A stretch of DNA of 59,631 bases from NCBI GenBank assembly GCA_004524725.1, contig SDNW01000003.1, forward strand, positions 1-59,631. Direction: 5' to 3'. The translations under genes were made by a program, and so were the position numbers. Source of the DNA: Promethearchaeota archaeon. GTDB lineage: Archaea; Asgardarchaeota; Lokiarchaeia; Sigyniarchaeales; SOKP01. Below are positions 55,518 through 59,631 of the stretch, one piece after another. Under the pieces are notes generated by a model. That model ran no database searches, was not told the DNA's origin, and saw only the letters and a program-made list of their open reading frames with translations. Numbering within the stretch: the stretch's first letter is position 1; every line of letters starts with the position of its first letter.

Positions 55518-56141
55518 TTGGAGCAGTTGGTATCGAGATTGATTAAAAATCCTAATAAGGAAATACTCTACACTTTTAAAATTGTAATTATAGGGGGAGG
55601 AGGAGTCGGAAAGACATGCCTTTTCAACCGATTTTGCTTTAATTCTTTCAATTTTGATACATCTATGACTATAGGGATAAATTTTCATTCTATAAATTTA
55701 AAGATACGAAACAAAGAAGATCCAAGCAAGGTAGTGGAAAAAAGCATTGCTAATTCAATTTTTGATTTTGGAGGTCAGGATCGGTTTAAACCGTTAATAC
55801 CAAAATTTATAGGAGGTGCCAACGGAGCTTTGTTAGTGTTTGATTTAACAAACCCATCTTCACTTAATCAATTAAATTTCTGGTATGATCAATTAATTCA
55901 TCATGCTGATGGTCATAAGATCCCAAAGATCTTAGTAGGAAGTAAAAAGGATCTTATAGAAGAAAAAAAGTGGACCGCTCTTAAAGAAAATACCCAGATT
56001 ACTGATTTCATAAAAAAAAAAGCTCTTGATGGGTTCATTATGACCTCATCTCTAAAAAATTATAATGTAGTGGAAGTTTTTAAAGAATTAAATAATTATA
56101 TGTTAGAAAAAATCAAAAAACCCTACGAAGTCTTCTCATGA
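55518..56141 (+). CDS. Ras-superfamily small GTPase (Rab/Ras-like)
   Basis: G1 GGGGVGKT, switch I Thr (SMTIGINF), G3 DFGGQDRF, G4 GSKKD and G5-like TSSLK. 207 aa. TTG start. Confidence 0.85.
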   Translation: MEQLVSRLIKNPNKEILYTFKIVIIGGGGVGKTCLFNRFCFNSFNFDTSMTIGINFHSINLKIRNKEDPSKVVEKSIANSIFDFGGQDRFKPLIPKFIGGANGALLVFDLTNPSSLNQLNFWYDQLIHHADGHKIPKILVGSKKDLIEEKKWTALKENTQITDFIKKKALDGFIMTSSLKNYNVVEVFKELNNYMLEKIKKPYEVFS

Positions 56142-56153
56142 TGGGTAAAATAA

Positions 56154-57227
56154 TTAAAGATCTCTCATGTAAATGAAATCGGCAAACTGGTTGAAAAATT
56201 GTTTTTGTTCTTTGTTGAGATCAGGATAGATATCTTTAAGATAACTCTTTGCTTGAGATACTAGATTTTTTGAAAAATGTTCAGCCACAATGATAGCGTT
56301 CGTTTCTGCAAAGATTTCTAATACTTGTTTAACATCTGATTTATTCAATTCATCTTTTCTATACGCTTCATTCAAAACTCGAGATTGTTCCTCATCGGTA
56401 TTTTGCACAGCTAAAATATATATTGCTTTTTTAGCTTTACTTTTCACATCGGCCTCCATATCGAGAATGTCGTCTCTGATCGCATAAGCTTGTCCAATTC
56501 TCAACATTGCTTCACTTAATGGTTGAATTTGATAATGTTTATTCCCTTTAGCCATAATTGCACCGATTTTAGCTGATTTCTCTAATAAACTAGCTCTTTG
56601 CAGTTCTGCAATATGTAAATATTGTTCTAAGGACATAGTAATATTATGATAGTTCATATATTCTTCAATAATTTGTCCTTTCAATAGTGAATCCATTGCA
56701 GCATTATATTCGTTGATTGCCAATAACTTGAGGTTATCTGGAAATTTAGATTGTTTGATAATATCTAACCCGAGCAAATATGTTTGAGAGCCCCCTAAAA
56801 TACTTAAATATCTTCCATATTCAACGATCAAGCCTTCTTTATTTTGGAGTGCTGAGTTTTTATATAACGTCTTTAATTCATTTTCTAATTGAGCATGAAA
56901 AGTAGGTTTACCTCTTCTTACCCGATCCTCATCAATAAGATCATCATGAATGAGATAACCACTATGCAATAACTCTACAGCTAATGAGACCTTACGAATT
57001 TGGTCAAGTTGTTCATCTAAAAACTGTGGATTGACGATTCCAATAAAAGCCGCAATCATAAGAATCGGATGGATTCTTTTAGCTTGTTCATTCAAAATAA
57101 ATTCTTGCAATTGGGAGAAGAAATCTTGTAATAATATTTCATGTTCACTATTGTTTAGCATTTCAAAATATACGTCTAGTAGGTGGTCAATTTCAGCCTT
57201 TTCTTTTTTTAAAAAATCTTCAATCAT
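56154..57227 (-). CDS. trans-Polyprenyl diphosphate synthase (GGPP synthase-like)
   Basis: The first Asp-rich motif LIHDDLIDEDRVRRGKPT and the second, IRDDILD. Confidence 0.85.
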   Translation of the reverse strand: MIEDFLKKEKAEIDHLLDVYFEMLNNSEHEILLQDFFSQLQEFILNEQAKRIHPILMIAAFIGIVNPQFLDEQLDQIRKVSLAVELLHSGYLIHDDLIDEDRVRRGKPTFHAQLENELKTLYKNSALQNKEGLIVEYGRYLSILGGSQTYLLGLDIIKQSKFPDNLKLLAINEYNAAMDSLLKGQIIEEYMNYHNITMSLEQYLHIAELQRASLLEKSAKIGAIMAKGNKHYQIQPLSEAMLRIGQAYAIRDDILDMEADVKSKAKKAIYILAVQNTDEEQSRVLNEAYRKDELNKSDVKQVLEIFAETNAIIVAEHFSKNLVSQAKSYLKDIYPDLNKEQKQFFNQFADFIYMRDL

Positions 57228-57364
57228 TTTCCATCACAGAATTAAAATACCCAGTTTTTTATTTATTATATTACTCTTATGTCTTTTTAAGTTAACAATA
57301 TTTTTATTGTTACTTTACCATTACAAACTTAAAAATTATTTTAAAAGAGTAATTGTGATTTAAA

Positions 57365-57877
57365 ATGTTGATTGGAGTTATTTCGGATACGCATGATCAT
57401 AAAGATAACATTTTGAAAGCAGTAAGTATCATGAATGAAAGAAAAGTTGATGCCTTGATTCATTGTGGAGATTATTGTTCACCGTTTGTAAAAATTTGGT
57501 TTGATAAATTAAATCCAAGAATAAAAGAAAATTTTTTTGGCGTATTTGGCAATAATGATGGAGATCATGTGTTTTTAAGGCAGAACCTAGGAAGTATTTG
57601 TAAGTTAGTGGAAAATGGATATGAATTGATTTTGGAACTTGATGGTAGGCGAATTTATGCGGCTCATATGCCAAAAGCGAAGACTATTCAAGCACTCACA
57701 AATTCAGGAAATTTTGATATCGTGCTTTCGGGGCATACTCATTCAATGGTTCATAAAAAACATGAAAATGGTGTGTTAGAAGTCAATCCCGGAGAGTGTT
57801 GCGGATATTTAACAGGAAATCCAACATGTGCAATTGTAAATTCAAAAAGTATGGACGCAGAAATAATCCATTTATAG
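57365..57877 (+). CDS. YfcE/MJ0936-family metallophosphoesterase
   Basis: ISDTHD, HCGD, GNNDG and SGHTH in a 170-aa protein. Confidence 0.8.
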   Translation: MLIGVISDTHDHKDNILKAVSIMNERKVDALIHCGDYCSPFVKIWFDKLNPRIKENFFGVFGNNDGDHVFLRQNLGSICKLVENGYELILELDGRRIYAAHMPKAKTIQALTNSGNFDIVLSGHTHSMVHKKHENGVLEVNPGECCGYLTGNPTCAIVNSKSMDAEIIHL

Positions 57878-57939
57878 CAGTAAATGAAAATCTAATTTAT
57901 TAATAAGGTTTTTTTAGGTATTTCACATTAATCTTTATT

Positions 57940-59154
57940 ATGAAATTGCCATTAGAAGGAATTAGAATCTTAGATTTATCAAGAATGCTACCCGGTCCTT
58001 ATTGTTCAATGATTTTAGCGGATCTGGGAGCTGAGGTCATTCATATTAATAATCCACGGTATCCATATGCCAACCCACCTCCATTTTATCAAAAAGGAAG
58101 ATATCGAGAGAGTGCATTTAACTCAATTTTAATGCGGAATAAAAAATCAATTTCACTTAATCTTAAAAAGGAAAAAGCAAGAGAAGTTTTTTATGAATTA
58201 GTTAAAGGAGCCGATGTGATCTTGGAGACTTTTCGTCCAAAAGTAACTACCAAATTAAAAATAGATTATAAAAGCCTCTCTAAAATCAATGAATCAATTA
58301 TTTACTGCTCTCTAACAGGATACGGGCAAGAGGGACCATACGAACAAATCGCGGGTCACGATTTGAATTATGTGGGATTATGTGGGATTTTGAATTTGAA
58401 TAGAGAACGGAAACCTTTTGATCAAGAAGAATTAGAAAATAAACCAATAGTTCCCGGAATTCAAGCTGCAGATATTGGAGGAGGTTTAGTAGCTACTATC
58501 GGGATTTTAGGAGCAATCATAGGACGAAATACTAACCCTAATAAAAAGGGACAATATATTGATGTTTCAATGTTAGACAGCGTGTTTTCTTTTATGCCTA
58601 TGGCTGCAGCAATTAATTTTTCTAAAGAGTTAAATGATGGAATACAGAACGAAAACATTCTCCATGGCTCAGTACCCTATTATTCTATCTATAAAACCAA
58701 AGATGGAAGATACATATCTGTGGGAGCCATAGAATTAAAATTCTGGCATGCACTTTGTGATGGATTGAAACGTGAGGATTTGAAAAATAAACAAACGGTA
58801 AGAGGAGAAGAAAGAGAATATGTGTTTCAAGAGCTTGAACAGGAATTTTTAAAGAAAACACAATCTGAATGGATTAAAGAATTTAGGGGTTTAGATGCGT
58901 GTGTTATGCCGATTAAGAGCTTTAATGAAGCATGCAAGGACCCTCAAATTATTACACGAAAGATGGTAGTTCCCCTGAAAGATCCTAAATTTGGTGAAAT
59001 CCCAAACATTGCATCTCCCATTAAGTATTCGCAAACTCCGCTTTCAATAAGAACACACGCCCCAAAAGTAGGACAGCATACAATAGAAATTTTAAAAGAA
59101 CTTAAATACTCTGACGAACAAATCAGAGAATTCAAGAAAAATAGTATCATCTAA
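57940..59154 (+). CDS. Family III CoA-transferase (CaiB/BaiF / alpha-methylacyl-CoA racemase-like)
   Basis: N-terminal LEGIRILDLSRMLPGPYCSMILADLGAEVI, GHDLNY and the central Asp region (GIQAADIGGG). Confidence 0.85.
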   Translation: MKLPLEGIRILDLSRMLPGPYCSMILADLGAEVIHINNPRYPYANPPPFYQKGRYRESAFNSILMRNKKSISLNLKKEKAREVFYELVKGADVILETFRPKVTTKLKIDYKSLSKINESIIYCSLTGYGQEGPYEQIAGHDLNYVGLCGILNLNRERKPFDQEELENKPIVPGIQAADIGGGLVATIGILGAIIGRNTNPNKKGQYIDVSMLDSVFSFMPMAAAINFSKELNDGIQNENILHGSVPYYSIYKTKDGRYISVGAIELKFWHALCDGLKREDLKNKQTVRGEEREYVFQELEQEFLKKTQSEWIKEFRGLDACVMPIKSFNEACKDPQIITRKMVVPLKDPKFGEIPNIASPIKYSQTPLSIRTHAPKVGQHTIEILKELKYSDEQIREFKKNSII

Positions 59155-59258
59155 GATATTTTATTGAACATTGAATTTGAATTCAATAAATATAGATATT
59201 TAAATTCTAGCAATGTTATTATCATTAATAAACTCTTAATTTCATTGGTGAAGTCCGA

Positions 59259-59631
59259 TTGGTTGATTTATGTCCTGAATGTGGGAATCCTTTAAAGAAA
59301 AACGCAGAATTTTGTATGTATTGTGGGAAAAATATGAAAAATAGCCGAAAAGTGTCTATAATAGGAAATAATCAATCTAAAAACGACGATGGGGTTAATA
59401 AACAATCGCGGTATCTTTTGAATGATTCTCAACGAAGACTATTGGTATATCGAATTATCCCTTTATTAATCATAGGATGTGTGATATGGTTATTGGCAGA
59501 GAGTGTTTTCAGTTTTTTATTTAAAGAATCAAGCTTTACACCACAGTTTATCATTATCTATGTAACTTTTGTAATAGCAGATTTAGTCGCTTTGTTGTTA
59601 TTTTTTATAACTGCACGGAAAAATTATGTTT
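59259..59631 (+). CDS. Partial CDS: zinc-ribbon protein with TM segments, running off the window
   Basis: A TTG-initiated frame that stays open to the window end. It reads CPECGNPLKKNAEFCMYCGKNM, then hydrophobic stretches (LLIIGCVIWLL, IIIYVTFVIADLVALLLFFI). Not in the ORF track because it has no stop. Confidence 0.45.
   Translation, partial: MVDLCPECGNPLKKNAEFCMYCGKNMKNSRKVSIIGNNQSKNDDGVNKQSRYLLNDSQRRLLVYRIIPLLIIGCVIWLLAESVFSFLFKESSFTPQFIIIYVTFVIADLVALLLFFITARKNYV

Noticed and set aside
55479-55688. 69-aa minus-strand ORF in the radical-SAM / GTPase intergenic region
   Set aside because: It overlaps the 5' end of the motif-perfect small GTPase gene on the opposite strand, and its sequence is not protein-like.
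55518-57227. Small GTPase next to a polyprenyl synthase, read as a prenylation module
   Set aside because: The GTPase has no C-terminal Cys/CAAX. The genes are convergent rather than co-transcribed. The synthase is the expected housekeeping enzyme for archaeal lipid synthesis.
59166-59190. Palindrome TTGAATTCAA / attgaat...attcaat after the CoA-transferase stop, read as a terminator hairpin
   Set aside because: It is short and AT-only, has no following T-tract, and is indistinguishable from background.
1-59631. CRISPR arrays, IS elements/transposases, integrases, prophage genes and rRNA operons
   Set aside because: By eye I saw no regularly spaced direct repeats, no DDE/serine/tyrosine recombinase-like ORFs and no GC-rich rRNA-like stretch. 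The only notable nucleotide repeat is the intragenic 116-nt conversion tract. A computational repeat scan would be needed to be definitive.

Overview
This is a 59.6 kb, gene-dense, visibly AT-rich window (about 30% GC by eye, not computed) with roughly 55 plausible CDSs on both strands. I found no rRNA, convincing tRNA, CRISPR array, transposase or integrase. The gene content is archaeal: tRNA-splicing endonuclease EndA, a DRG-type GTPase with a TGS domain, a PIN-domain ATPase, a Ski2/Hel308-like helicase and a trans-polyprenyl synthase. It also includes eukaryote-like signature proteins: an actin-fold ATPase, a Ras/Rab-like small GTPase and a possible longin/roadblock-like protein. I infer that this is a chromosomal segment of an Asgard (Loki/Promethearchaeia-like) archaeon. 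Most genes are housekeeping: purH-guaB, folD, an Opp/Dpp-type permease cluster, sirtuin, SDR, PfkB kinase, MFS and APC transporters, HAD and MBL hydrolases, and a family III CoA-transferase. The loci most worth follow-up are: (1) an actin homologue with intact ATPase motifs and a ~130-aa double zinc-ribbon insertion; (2) a probable operon of two paralogous 7-TM proteins and a small ORF, followed by a soluble PAS histidine kinase; (3) a threonine-synthase-like PLP enzyme fused to a C-terminal winged helix, whose conserved N-terminal zinc ribbon is in frame but has no canonical start codon; (4) a 913-aa orphan protein with a HEAT-like N-terminus and a tandem array of winged-helix-like wing motifs; (5) a DRG GTPase with an atypical G3 motif next to a small alpha/beta protein; (6) a 116-nt near-identical gene-conversion patch between two otherwise diverged permease paralogues; and (7) an EndA with its catalytic His replaced. 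All functional calls come from reading motifs by eye, with no database search.
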